Shown here: positions 24,286 to 32,928 of the stretch, piece by piece
Position numbering within the stretch: position 1 is the stretch's first letter
Layout: each line of letters opens with the position of its first letter
Program-made: the position numbers and the translations under genes
Notes under the pieces: generated by a model
The model's input: only the letters and a program-made list of their open reading frames with translations
Databases searched by the model: none
Told to the model about the DNA's origin: nothing
Source: Candidatus Gastranaerophilales bacterium
GTDB taxonomy: Bacteria; Cyanobacteriota; Vampirovibrionia; Gastranaerophilales; Gastranaerophilaceae
Assembly (NCBI GenBank): GCA_944325945.1
Contig: CALVBW010000023.1
Coordinates: 21,825 to 85,824 of the forward strand
DNA length: 64,000 bases
Direction: 5' to 3'

Positions 24286-26022
24286 TTAGCCAAATATAGC
24301 ATCAATACCTGTAGCTTCTTTAACTTTTTGCCACCAGGATTTTTGTGTACCATCACTTGCAATTGTCATACTGTAGCAATATTCAAGAAACATTTCTCTT
24401 GACATTTTTAAATCTCTATCAGGATACCATGGATTAATAAGAATAACTTCATCTTCGGTTACACGTTTAATAGTAAATGCGTGTAACCCGCTATCATTTG
24501 GTGTATCTCCAACTTTAAAAGAAGCGGTAGCAATTTTGTCAGATTTATTATCTGTCTCAAAATCTTCTTGTAGCTTATCAAGCATTTTATTAAGAGCGCG
24601 ATTTGTTATTCTTATGTTACCATCTATTTCATCAATAGACTGATAAGAATATGATGTTGCTGTTGATATAGGTAATACTTTATTATCCAGCAATGCTGTT
24701 GATGATAAAATTGGAAGATTTTCATAGTTTGTACTAGAATAATATTCAGATTTTTTGCCGGTTAAAACATATATTGCATCATGTTCCCTTCCTCCCGCAA
24801 GGATATTTTCTTCTTCCTTGCCGGTTACCATGCCGGCAATATGCCAATAATCGTCAACTGACAAATTATTTGCTTCAAGTGTTTGGTTGACTTCCTTTCG
24901 GTATTTTTCAAAAGCTGCTTCCAGTAATATTACATCAGGGTCACCTTTAGAATATTGTGTTCCGGCTTTTGATAAAATATCTTTGACTTCATCTTCTGTA
25001 AAAGAATATTCTCCAGTTATAAATACTTCTAATTTATCCTCTTTCAAAGATTCCGCAGCTGATTTGGCACCCGGAAAATTAAAAGTATACACCTTTTTGT
25101 CGTCTACTATTTGTTCAGTTCTTAAACTTTGTAAATATTCCTGACCGTCTGTAGTATTTCTAATTGCGTTTATTGTTGCCAATAAATAACAATCACCTTG
25201 ACCTTTTTGGAAAGAATTGCCATAATAATTATCTAAACCTAAATCCTTCTTTCCAAGTCTTTTGGAGGGAGGATCGGTTGGTTTTACCGGTGATGGATCT
25301 ACCGGTGTCGGATTGTCCGGGTTTTTAATACCCTTTTCCCAATCTTTTAAATTTTTAGTGCGTTTCATTTGCAGTTGTTCATTATCAACAGCTTTAAAAA
25401 TCACATCACCCTGTTCATTTTTTTCTAAAATAAATGCCATATCCTTAAATCTGGACATATAAGTACCGTCGGCTTCGTTATATGTGAGTTTTGTGAATTT
25501 GTTTTCTCCATAATCGGAAGGCAGCTCCATCATTAAAATTCTTGGCATACTTCCGTCTTCAGGCATAACGGTATTTTTCGGAATTCTGACAGTTCCTCTG
25601 TATATTTTGTTTGTAATTCCTGCTTCTCTTGCATCAATTTCTATATTTTCAAGTTTACCGTTTACAAATCCGAAGTCTTCCGCTTTTGGTGCTGTTTCCT
25701 CACTTTCTTCAATACTTGTATTGCCAAGTTCAATCATGAATTGCAAAAATTTTCGGCTTTCAACATCTTTTAATCCTTTGCTATCAAGATATGCTCTTGC
25801 TTCTTCTTCAGTAATGGTTTTATCTTCAATTGCTTTGGCTAAATCGGATTTTAGTATATCAAGTTCTTCCTGACTGATTTCACCGTCATTAGATGTCTCA
25901 ATTTTAGCCCAAATTGTGTTTAAATCTTCGGAGAGATTTTCTTTTTTCATACCGGCTTTTAATTTATTCCAATCAATATTTCCGATATTACCAATTTGAA
26001 TTTTATTTTCATTATTTGGCAC
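24286..26022 (-). CDS. Calpain-like (papain-fold, C2-like) cysteine protease with an N-terminal EF-hand-like loop
   Basis: QKGQGDCYLLATINAI (Cys), GLHAFTIKRV (His) and LINPWY (Asn) follow the calpain triad spacing. N-terminus has ETSNDGEISQEEL. No signal peptide. Confidence 0.6.
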   Translation of the reverse strand: MPNNENKIQIGNIGNIDWNKLKAGMKKENLSEDLNTIWAKIETSNDGEISQEELDILKSDLAKAIEDKTITEEEARAYLDSKGLKDVESRKFLQFMIELGNTSIEESEETAPKAEDFGFVNGKLENIEIDAREAGITNKIYRGTVRIPKNTVMPEDGSMPRILMMELPSDYGENKFTKLTYNEADGTYMSRFKDMAFILEKNEQGDVIFKAVDNEQLQMKRTKNLKDWEKGIKNPDNPTPVDPSPVKPTDPPSKRLGKKDLGLDNYYGNSFQKGQGDCYLLATINAIRNTTDGQEYLQSLRTEQIVDDKKVYTFNFPGAKSAAESLKEDKLEVFITGEYSFTEDEVKDILSKAGTQYSKGDPDVILLEAAFEKYRKEVNQTLEANNLSVDDYWHIAGMVTGKEEENILAGGREHDAIYVLTGKKSEYYSSTNYENLPILSSTALLDNKVLPISTATSYSYQSIDEIDGNIRITNRALNKMLDKLQEDFETDNKSDKIATASFKVGDTPNDSGLHAFTIKRVTEDEVILINPWYPDRDLKMSREMFLEYCYSMTIASDGTQKSWWQKVKEATGIDAIFG

Positions 26023-26205
26023 TACACAGTCTCCTATTACAAATTTACCTGAACTTATATACGGTAGAGATTAAGAATAACTTTAATCTGTTATCTTTAA
26101 TTGTTGCGGAATGTAAAAATTAAAGTTGTATTACATAATGACTTGTCTCCGTATGGACAAATTTAGCTGATTTTGTATAAAAAAATATCTCATTTGAGGT
26201 CTTTT

Positions 26206-27117
26206 TTATTCAAATAATTCGCTTGAAAGGTATCTTTCGCCTAAATCAGGAAGTATTACCACAATCATTTTGTTTTTGTATTCAGGTCGCTTGGAAATTT
26301 CAATAGCAGCATGCATTGCAGCACCTGATGAAATCCCGCACAAAATTCCTTCTTCTTTTGCAAGTTTTCTTGCTGTTTCTATTGAATCTTCATCGCTTAC
26401 GTGGATAATTTCATCCACAACGTTATAATCAAAATTTTTCGGGACAAAATTCGCGCCGATTCCTTGAATTTTATGCGCACCGGCAGGTTTACCGGCAAGC
26501 ACCTGTGATAATTCCGGTTCTACGGCAATTGCTTTTATCTGCGGGTTGTGTGATTTTAATGCTTTGGCAAGTCCCGTAATTGTTCCGCCTGTCCCGACAC
26601 CTGCAACTATGATGTCAACTTTGCCGTCTGTATCGCGCCAGATTTCTTCGGCGGTTGTTTTAATGTGTGCTTCAGGGTTTGCAGGGTTGTCAAATTGCTG
26701 CGGGATAAATGAATTCGGATATTTTTGGCTTAATTCAATTGCTTTATCTACAGCTCCCTGCATACCTTTAGCTCCGTCCGTCAAGACTAATTCCGCGCCG
26801 TATGCTTTTAAAAGTTTACGTCTTTCAAGGCTCATAGTCTCAGGCATAGTTAGAATCATTTTGTAACCCTTAATCGCACAGACCATTGCAAGTCCTATTC
26901 CAGTATTGCCGCTTGTCGGCTCAATAATTATTGTGTCTTTATTGATTAATCCCTCTTGTTCGGCTTTTTCTATCATATTAAGCGCAGGACGGTCTTTAAT
27001 AGATCCTGCGGGGTTGAAGCTTTCAACTTTAGCAAGGATATTTGCGCTTGACAGTTTGTTGATTTTTACAAGCGGTGTGTTTCCTATTAATTCTGTCATA
27101 TTGTTTGCGATTTTCAT
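26206..27117 (-). CDS. cysK: Cysteine synthase A (O-acetylserine sulfhydrylase)
   Basis: [14 protein letters not shown]...[15 protein letters not shown]...[12 protein letters not shown]...[10 protein letters not shown]. Confidence 0.9.
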   Translation of the reverse strand: MKIANNMTELIGNTPLVKINKLSSANILAKVESFNPAGSIKDRPALNMIEKAEQEGLINKDTIIIEPTSGNTGIGLAMVCAIKGYKMILTMPETMSLERRKLLKAYGAELVLTDGAKGMQGAVDKAIELSQKYPNSFIPQQFDNPANPEAHIKTTAEEIWRDTDGKVDIIVAGVGTGGTITGLAKALKSHNPQIKAIAVEPELSQVLAGKPAGAHKIQGIGANFVPKNFDYNVVDEIIHVSDEDSIETARKLAKEEGILCGISSGAAMHAAIEISKRPEYKNKMIVVILPDLGERYLSSELFE

Positions 27118-27212
27118 TTATTGCCCCTTCTTGTAAAATGGTTTCTGGTATTTGTTTTCAAGGTGATAGCGTAAGCAGGGCGGTATGAGAAAATAAATAC
27201 CAGATCCAAGTA

Positions 27213-28211
27213 TTATCTAAATCCTTTGTTTTTTGAAATTGTTCTTCCAATTTGTTTGAATTTTTCTTCCAATTTTGTATAATCCACTGATTTTTTGCCC
27301 GGATAAATTTCGTATTGTGATCGATGAAATTCATCCGTAACGTTTGGCATAACAACATTTGCTCCGCTTTGGAGTGCCAGAATTCTACCGTCAGGGTGAA
27401 TCGTTTCCATTGCGGTTGTTGCGGGAATATTAATATCCGGCAGCAAAAGCCTTGTTATTGCCAGAACCTTTAAAGAAAGCCAAAATCCGTCTGCTTTAAC
27501 ATCTTTAAGCGGTGTGTCTTTATGCGGAATTAACGGTCCTAAACCGACCATATCCGCATCAAGCTCCTTGAAAAATAATATATCGTCAGCAAGCGAATTT
27601 ATTGTCTGTTCGGGAAGCCCGACAAGACAACCTGTTCCTGTTTCATAGCCCAGTTTTTTTAAATCTTTAAGACATCTGACCCGGTTTTCAAAGTTCATAT
27701 TCGGGTGAAGTTTCCGGTATAATTCTTTGTCCGTGGTTTCAATCCTGAGCAAAAACCTATCTGCACCGGCATCTTTTAGAATTTTGTATTCCTCATAAGA
27801 GCGCTCACCTATGCTCAGGGTTACGGCAGTATCGTTTTTTTTGATTTCTTTAATGATATCCGCAAGTATTTCTGCAGTATAATACATATCTTCCGCAGAT
27901 TGGAGAACGATTGTTTTATAGCCGCTGTTTAAGGCATTTCTTGCAAGCTGAATTATTTCATCAGGCATTAATCTGTATCTTTTAATGTTTTTATTTTCTG
28001 CTCTGACCCCGCAATAAAAGCAGTTTCGCGAGCAGATATTTGAAAATTCAATCAGCGCCCTCAGGTGAATCTCATCGCCGACAAATTTTTTCCTGACTCT
28101 GTCCGCTGCCCCGAAAAGTTCGTCATTTATTGAATTATCCTCAAGCAGCCTGATGATTTCGGGCTTTGAAAGGAAATGGCTCTCTTCAGCTTTTTGAATT
28201 AATGACTTCAT
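27213..28211 (-). CDS. hydE: Radical SAM protein, [FeFe]-hydrogenase maturase HydE-like
   Basis: IEFSNICSRNCFYCGVRAENKNIKRYRLMPDEI (CxxxCxxC) and overall BioB/HydE-like layout. Confidence 0.65.
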   Translation of the reverse strand: MKSLIQKAEESHFLSKPEIIRLLEDNSINDELFGAADRVRKKFVGDEIHLRALIEFSNICSRNCFYCGVRAENKNIKRYRLMPDEIIQLARNALNSGYKTIVLQSAEDMYYTAEILADIIKEIKKNDTAVTLSIGERSYEEYKILKDAGADRFLLRIETTDKELYRKLHPNMNFENRVRCLKDLKKLGYETGTGCLVGLPEQTINSLADDILFFKELDADMVGLGPLIPHKDTPLKDVKADGFWLSLKVLAITRLLLPDINIPATTAMETIHPDGRILALQSGANVVMPNVTDEFHRSQYEIYPGKKSVDYTKLEEKFKQIGRTISKNKGFR

Positions 28212-28227
28212 AATTTAATTATACACG

Positions 28228-28256
28228 AAAAAAGACCGGCAAAAGCCGGCCTTTTA
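28228..28256 (-). terminator. Rho-independent terminator after the Spy-like gene
   Basis: CCGGC-aaaa-GCCGG core stem, with a T-run on the minus strand. Confidence 0.55.
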
Positions 28257-28274
28257 TGGAGATGATTGAGATTA

Positions 28275-28892
28275 TTATTCAACCGGTGGCTGAGGTGGAA
28301 GTGCGTTAGGAATAACAGGTCCCGGTCCCATCGGCATATGATGCGGTCCTTTTATTCCGTAACCCGGTCCGAATACGGGACGGTTTTTGTGTTCTTTTTC
28401 AAAACGTTTTCTGCCTTCTTCTTTCATTTTTTTAAGTTCTTTTTGTTGTTTTTTAGTCAAAATTGCTTCAAAATCTTTCATATTTTGCATACGGAGTTCG
28501 TGTGCCTGTTTTTTAAGTGCCTGAATGTCTTTTTGAATTTCAGCCAATTTTTCCTGCTGCATTTCAACAGCTATTCTTGAACGTCTTACGGCCTCTGCTT
28601 CCTGACGTTTTGCCTGAATTTGTTCAATAATCGGTTTCATTTGTTCGCGGCCGTTTTGTTGAAGTTCTTTGATTTTTACCTTTTGTTCTTCCGTAAGTTT
28701 AAGGCGTTTTTCAAACTGTTCGCGTTTTATTTCGCGTTTTTTGATTTGTTCCTGAGTCAAAACAGGTTTTGCAGGCTGTACTTCAGTTTGAGCAACAGGT
28801 GCTTTTACATCTTCTGTAACAGGTGTTTCAGCAGCAAGTACTGTTGTCATTGAAAATGCCAGTAAGCTTGCTATAATAAGTGTTTTTTTCAT
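28275..28892 (-). CDS. Spy/CpxP-family periplasmic protein (LTXXQ repeats)
   Basis: ORF 28275..29033 trimmed to MKKTLIIASLLAFSMTTVLAAE (signal peptide). Contains LTQEQIKK, LTEEQKVK and LTKKQQKE. The start overlaps the sigma gene stop (TAATG). Confidence 0.7.
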   Translation of the reverse strand: MKKTLIIASLLAFSMTTVLAAETPVTEDVKAPVAQTEVQPAKPVLTQEQIKKREIKREQFEKRLKLTEEQKVKIKELQQNGREQMKPIIEQIQAKRQEAEAVRRSRIAVEMQQEKLAEIQKDIQALKKQAHELRMQNMKDFEAILTKKQQKELKKMKEEGRKRFEKEHKNRPVFGPGYGIKGPHHMPMGPGPVIPNALPPQPPVE

Positions 28893-29404
28893 TAATCCAT
28901 CCTTTCTTTGATTAAATCTTTTAACTTTTCTGCCAATTCTTTTTTTGCATTGTAAATTCTTGATTTTACGGTTCCTAAAGGACATTTTAATTTGCGCGCG
29001 CAGTCCTCGTAACTGTATCCTTGAATTTCGCAAAGCATTATCACTTCTTTGAATTTTGGCTTTAGTGAATTTATTGCATTTATTATTTGAGTTTGTCTTT
29101 CATTTTTTATTACTTTAAGTTCCGGTGTCTCCTTTTTATCCTTCAAAGTATTTAAAGTTATTTCATCAGATGTGGAATTTTGGGAATTTTTCCGGTAAGC
29201 GGATTTGAGGTAATCTTTTGAGATGTTTTTGGCAATTGTATTTATCCAGCTTTTAAAGTTACCTTGTTCAGAGTATTTTTTTGAATTTTTCCAGACTCTT
29301 ATATAGACCTCCTGTTCAAGGTCTTCATTTTCTTCCTTCGTAATGAGTTTAATTATATTTTTTACGTTTTCTCTGTTTTTTTCTACAATTTCTTTAAAAT
29401 TCAT
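28892..29404 (-). CDS. ECF-type RNA polymerase sigma factor
   Basis: Region 2 DLEQEVYIRVWKN and region 4 HTH QGYSYEDCARKLKCPLGTVKSRIYNAKKEL. Confidence 0.85.
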   Translation of the reverse strand: MNFKEIVEKNRENVKNIIKLITKEENEDLEQEVYIRVWKNSKKYSEQGNFKSWINTIAKNISKDYLKSAYRKNSQNSTSDEITLNTLKDKKETPELKVIKNERQTQIINAINSLKPKFKEVIMLCEIQGYSYEDCARKLKCPLGTVKSRIYNAKKELAEKLKDLIKERMD

Positions 29405-29749
29405 CTACTCTACCGTTACAAATCCGTATGCGTCAACAGGAAAACCCAAGTCTTCCGCAGTCAGTGTTGTACCGTATTTTATTGTGTCAGAAATATCAGT
29501 GTTAAAATTAATTACACCAAGTGTTGTTGCACTCAGACACATTGCAAATACGGCACATGCTATTTTAAGTTTTGCCATGTTTTGTTTGTGTTTTAGATAA
29601 TGCGGTCTAACCTCCTTAATCAATTCCGATACGGCATTCATTTTTGTATCCTCAGCCTGACAGTCTTTGCAGGTTGCAAGATGTTCCCGAAAAGTCTTTT
29701 CGTCTGCGAATGTAAAAAGAGCCTCATATTTTGTACATTTGTTTGTCAT
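29405..29749 (-). CDS. Zinc-binding anti-sigma factor (HxxxCxxC), single-pass membrane protein
   Basis: HLATCKDC motif and one TM segment (LKIACAVFAMCLSATTLGVI). Abuts the sigma gene start. Confidence 0.6.
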   Translation of the reverse strand: MTNKCTKYEALFTFADEKTFREHLATCKDCQAEDTKMNAVSELIKEVRPHYLKHKQNMAKLKIACAVFAMCLSATTLGVINFNTDISDTIKYGTTLTAEDLGFPVDAYGFVTVE

Positions 29750-29895
29750 TTTTTAACCTCTGTACCTGTATAACGAAATTGAAAATAAAAAGTTCATTTT
29801 TTAATTATATAATATTATCTTGCATTTGTAAAATTGTTGTAATATTATATAATACGCTAGCAATTTTTAAGATTTACAGACTTGGAATAAGTGAA

Positions 29896-30525
29896 ATGAG
29901 CATCGGTAATTTGTTAGAAAGAATATGTACCCGATTGGGTGAAAAAAATAAAGCTACTTATGTTGTAATGGCAATTGCTACAGTCAAAGGGATTTGTCGT
30001 CCGACTTTTACAATGATGGACAAAAAAGAAAATCCTGTGACTAAAAAATATACAGCAATAAGAGAAGGCTTGACCGAATTGATTGCAATTCCGGTTTATT
30101 GGGCCAGTGGTGAGCTGGCGGCCAAACTTGGTAAGGCACTTGCAAAGCCTAAATATTTTATGGATAAGGAGTTGTATAAGCTGCACAAAGCCGGTCAAAT
30201 TACCCCTGATGTGGAAAAAGCTTTTAATTCCGCAAAAAAACTTGCAGAAAATAATAAAGCTAAGTTGGAAACAAATTTGATGTTTATTGGTGTTTGTACG
30301 GCGGCTTTATTTGTTATTCCGGCATTATGTTCCGTTGCGATTAAGCCGTTAATGGGCGTAATCCAAAAAAATCATAAGCCTGAAGACAAACGTCTTGATG
30401 TGAATACATTGCGAGAAACTTCAGCTCCTTTGTATAATCCATATTTCCAGCATAATGACAATTTAAAATATTTAAGCAGTTTTAATAAAACATCTGTTAG
30501 CGGGATGAAAGTAGGTGGCGTATGA
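29896..30525 (+). CDS. Hypothetical membrane protein, tandem paralog 1
   Basis: ORF 29731..30525 trimmed to MSIGNLLERI. Shares the KGICRPTF...KKYTAIREGL module with the next gene. Confidence 0.55.
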   Translation: MSIGNLLERICTRLGEKNKATYVVMAIATVKGICRPTFTMMDKKENPVTKKYTAIREGLTELIAIPVYWASGELAAKLGKALAKPKYFMDKELYKLHKAGQITPDVEKAFNSAKKLAENNKAKLETNLMFIGVCTAALFVIPALCSVAIKPLMGVIQKNHKPEDKRLDVNTLRETSAPLYNPYFQHNDNLKYLSSFNKTSVSGMKVGGV

Positions 30526-31154
30526 TTAGTGCAATAGCAAACGGTTTATCAAGCTCAACACTTGCAAATATCGCGCAAAATACGGCAGCTTCAGTTTCTA
30601 TTGAAACAACTTTGAAGTCTATTGGCAGACCCGGGTTTATATTGATTGACAATGAAATCAGTCCGGATACCAAAAAGTATGCAGCCGCAAAAGAGTTTTT
30701 ATATCAGGCAACGTGTCTTGCGGTATATTTAGCTCTGGTTATTCCGGTATTTAAAAAAGGTGCGTTCACTCTTGCGAAGAAAACTTTCTTTAAAAACAAA
30801 CCCGAATTTTCAAAGTTTAAAAATGCAGATGAATTTCTTGAATATCATAAACTCGCCAAAAAAAATATGGACAACAGAAAAGCATCTTTAATGAAAGATC
30901 ATTCTCGCGATAAATTTTTGCATGACGGTTTGCGTGAAGATTTAGAAAACAATGAATCTCCGGAATTGTATCCGCTGATTAAGGGAACAATTGAACTCGG
31001 GTCTTTGATAGGTTCAGTTTTTGGTCTGGCAATTTTGGCTCCGCAGATAAGTCATTATACTATCCACCCGATGCTCCGTGCATTAGGTCTTGAGAAAAAA
31101 GAAACCCCGAAAACAGAACCGAAAAACGATGTAAAATTAGATAAGAAGGCATAA
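30522..31154 (+). CDS. Hypothetical membrane protein, tandem paralog 2
   Basis: KSIGRPGF...KKYAAAKEFL module. 4-nt overlap with the upstream gene. Confidence 0.6.
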   Translation: MISAIANGLSSSTLANIAQNTAASVSIETTLKSIGRPGFILIDNEISPDTKKYAAAKEFLYQATCLAVYLALVIPVFKKGAFTLAKKTFFKNKPEFSKFKNADEFLEYHKLAKKNMDNRKASLMKDHSRDKFLHDGLREDLENNESPELYPLIKGTIELGSLIGSVFGLAILAPQISHYTIHPMLRALGLEKKETPKTEPKNDVKLDKKA

Positions 31155-31157
31155 TTT

Positions 31158-31349
31158 ATGGAATGTAAACAGTCTGAAAATATAAAAAATTGCACCTGTA
31201 CTGCAGGATGTCCGAATAGAGGATATTGCTGTGAATGTGTTGCGCATCATCGTGAACTCGGGCAAATTCCGGGGTGCTTTTTCCCTAAAGATGCAGAAGC
31301 AACTTATGATAGATCAATTGAATATTTTATAAAAGTTATGAGCAAATAG
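31158..31349 (+). CDS. Small Cys-rich protein (63 aa), DUF6485-like
   Basis: NCTCTAGCPNRGYCCECVAHHRELGQIPGCFF cysteine pattern. The family name is recalled from memory and unverified. Confidence 0.5.
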   Translation: MECKQSENIKNCTCTAGCPNRGYCCECVAHHRELGQIPGCFFPKDAEATYDRSIEYFIKVMSK

Positions 31350-32640
31350 ATTTTAGCGCATTTAATGAACATTCCGCCATTAATTCGGCTTTAAGCTTTT
31401 TGTTTTTGCGTTCCTTTTTGGGAAGTTCAACAGGCGGTAAAATACCCCAGTTTGAATTTATCGGCTGGAATTTTTCGTGTTCGGGATTACTTATGTAATG
31501 CGTTAATGCTCCGAGCATGGTTTCTTTCGGAAGTTCTAAAAGAGTTTCATTGTTTAAATATTTTGCCATGTTAATTCCTGCCAGAAGTCCTGTTGCAATG
31601 GATTCCGTATAGCCTTCAGTACCCGTAATCTGACCTGCAAAAAATAAATCCGAACGTTTTTTGGTCTGCAGTGATGCGTTCAAAATTTTAGGTGAATTTA
31701 TAAATGTATTTCTGTGCATAACTCCGTATCTTACTATATTAGCGTTTTCCAGTCCCGGAATTGATTGCAGAAGTTCTTTCTGGCTTCCCCATTTTAAATT
31801 CGTTTGAAAACCGACTAAATTGTATAAAGTTTTAGCTGAATTGTCCTGTCTTAATTGGACAACTGCATAATTTTCAATTCCTGTTCTTTTATCAACAAGC
31901 CCGACAGGCTTCATCGGTCCGAACCTCAAGGTGTCAACTCCTCTTGATGCTAAAACTTCAATAGGCAGACAACTTTCAAAAAATTTGGCGTTTTTTTCAA
32001 ATTCTTTTAATTCAATCCGCGGAGCATGGGTTAATATATCATAGAATTTTTCGTATTCTTCTTTATTCATCGGACAGTTAATATATGACGCTTCGCCTTT
32101 GTCATAGCGTGAGGCGTAAAATGCTTTGTCAAAATTTATGCTGTCTTTTTCAACAATCGGTGCAATTGCATCAAAAAAATGCAGATGTTCACTTTGGGTA
32201 AATGTTTTGATGGCCTCAGCAAGCTTGTCACTCGTCAAAGGTCCTGATGCTATTATTACCGGTGTGTCAGGAATTCGAGTTAATTCTTCGCGGATTAATT
32301 TTATTTCCGGATTGCTTTTTATTTTTTCTGTAACTTTTGCGGAAAACATTTCCCTGTCAATAGCAAGGGCGCTTCCTGCCGGAACTCTGCATTCATAAGC
32401 TATTTTGATTAATTCTCCGCCCAGAAGTTCCATTTCATGTTTTAAAAGTCCGCTTGCATTTGTTATGTCTGCTGAGCCTAAACTGTTTGAACATACGAAT
32501 TCTGCGCAATTTTCGCCTGTATGTGCTCCGGTTGTCTTTTGTGGCCGCATTTCATATAAATTCACTGTATGCCCTTTTTTTGCCAGCTGCAGTGCGGCTT
32601 CTGACCCGGCTAATCCTGCTCCGATTATCGTTACTTTCAT
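31336..32640 (-). CDS. trmFO: Methylenetetrahydrofolate--tRNA-(uracil-5)-methyltransferase TrmFO
   Basis: MKVTIIGAGLAGSEAALQLAKKG...EFVCSNSLGS...GQITGTEGYTESIATGLLAG. Confidence 0.9.
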   Translation of the reverse strand: MKVTIIGAGLAGSEAALQLAKKGHTVNLYEMRPQKTTGAHTGENCAEFVCSNSLGSADITNASGLLKHEMELLGGELIKIAYECRVPAGSALAIDREMFSAKVTEKIKSNPEIKLIREELTRIPDTPVIIASGPLTSDKLAEAIKTFTQSEHLHFFDAIAPIVEKDSINFDKAFYASRYDKGEASYINCPMNKEEYEKFYDILTHAPRIELKEFEKNAKFFESCLPIEVLASRGVDTLRFGPMKPVGLVDKRTGIENYAVVQLRQDNSAKTLYNLVGFQTNLKWGSQKELLQSIPGLENANIVRYGVMHRNTFINSPKILNASLQTKKRSDLFFAGQITGTEGYTESIATGLLAGINMAKYLNNETLLELPKETMLGALTHYISNPEHEKFQPINSNWGILPPVELPKKERKNKKLKAELMAECSLNALKSICS

Positions 32641-32771
32641 TTTTTAAGTTTATTATATTATATTTCTCATGTCAATTTTAAAGTTTTGCTACATATATAG
32701 TAGTATTTATTTGAGATATACAAGGCTTTCGGGTGTTATGTAAAAGAAATGTTACAATTGTAGTAGGAGAC

Positions 32772-32800
32772 TTGCAAAATAATTTTGGATTAAGTATAAT
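32772..32800 (+). promoter_or_regulatory. Putative sigma70-type promoter (TTGCAA-17 nt-TATAAT) upstream of the 667-aa membrane protein
   Basis: TTGCAA 32772-32777 and TATAAT 32795-32800. This leaves a 5' UTR of about 130 nt. Confidence 0.45.
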
Positions 32801-32928
32801 AAGTACACTTATTAAATACATTTATCTTTTTGTTAATGTTTCTTAAAGATTAGGCGAAAAAAAGCAATAAGTGTCACGGTAAGTTTTTTTAAAATGTATG
32901 TGTGTAGATAGTAAAAGTTAGTAGGGAC

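Noticed and set aside
27158-27358. A 66-aa minus-strand ORF between cysK and the hydE-like gene
   Set aside because: It overlaps the 3' end of the hydE-like gene in another frame and has no SD.
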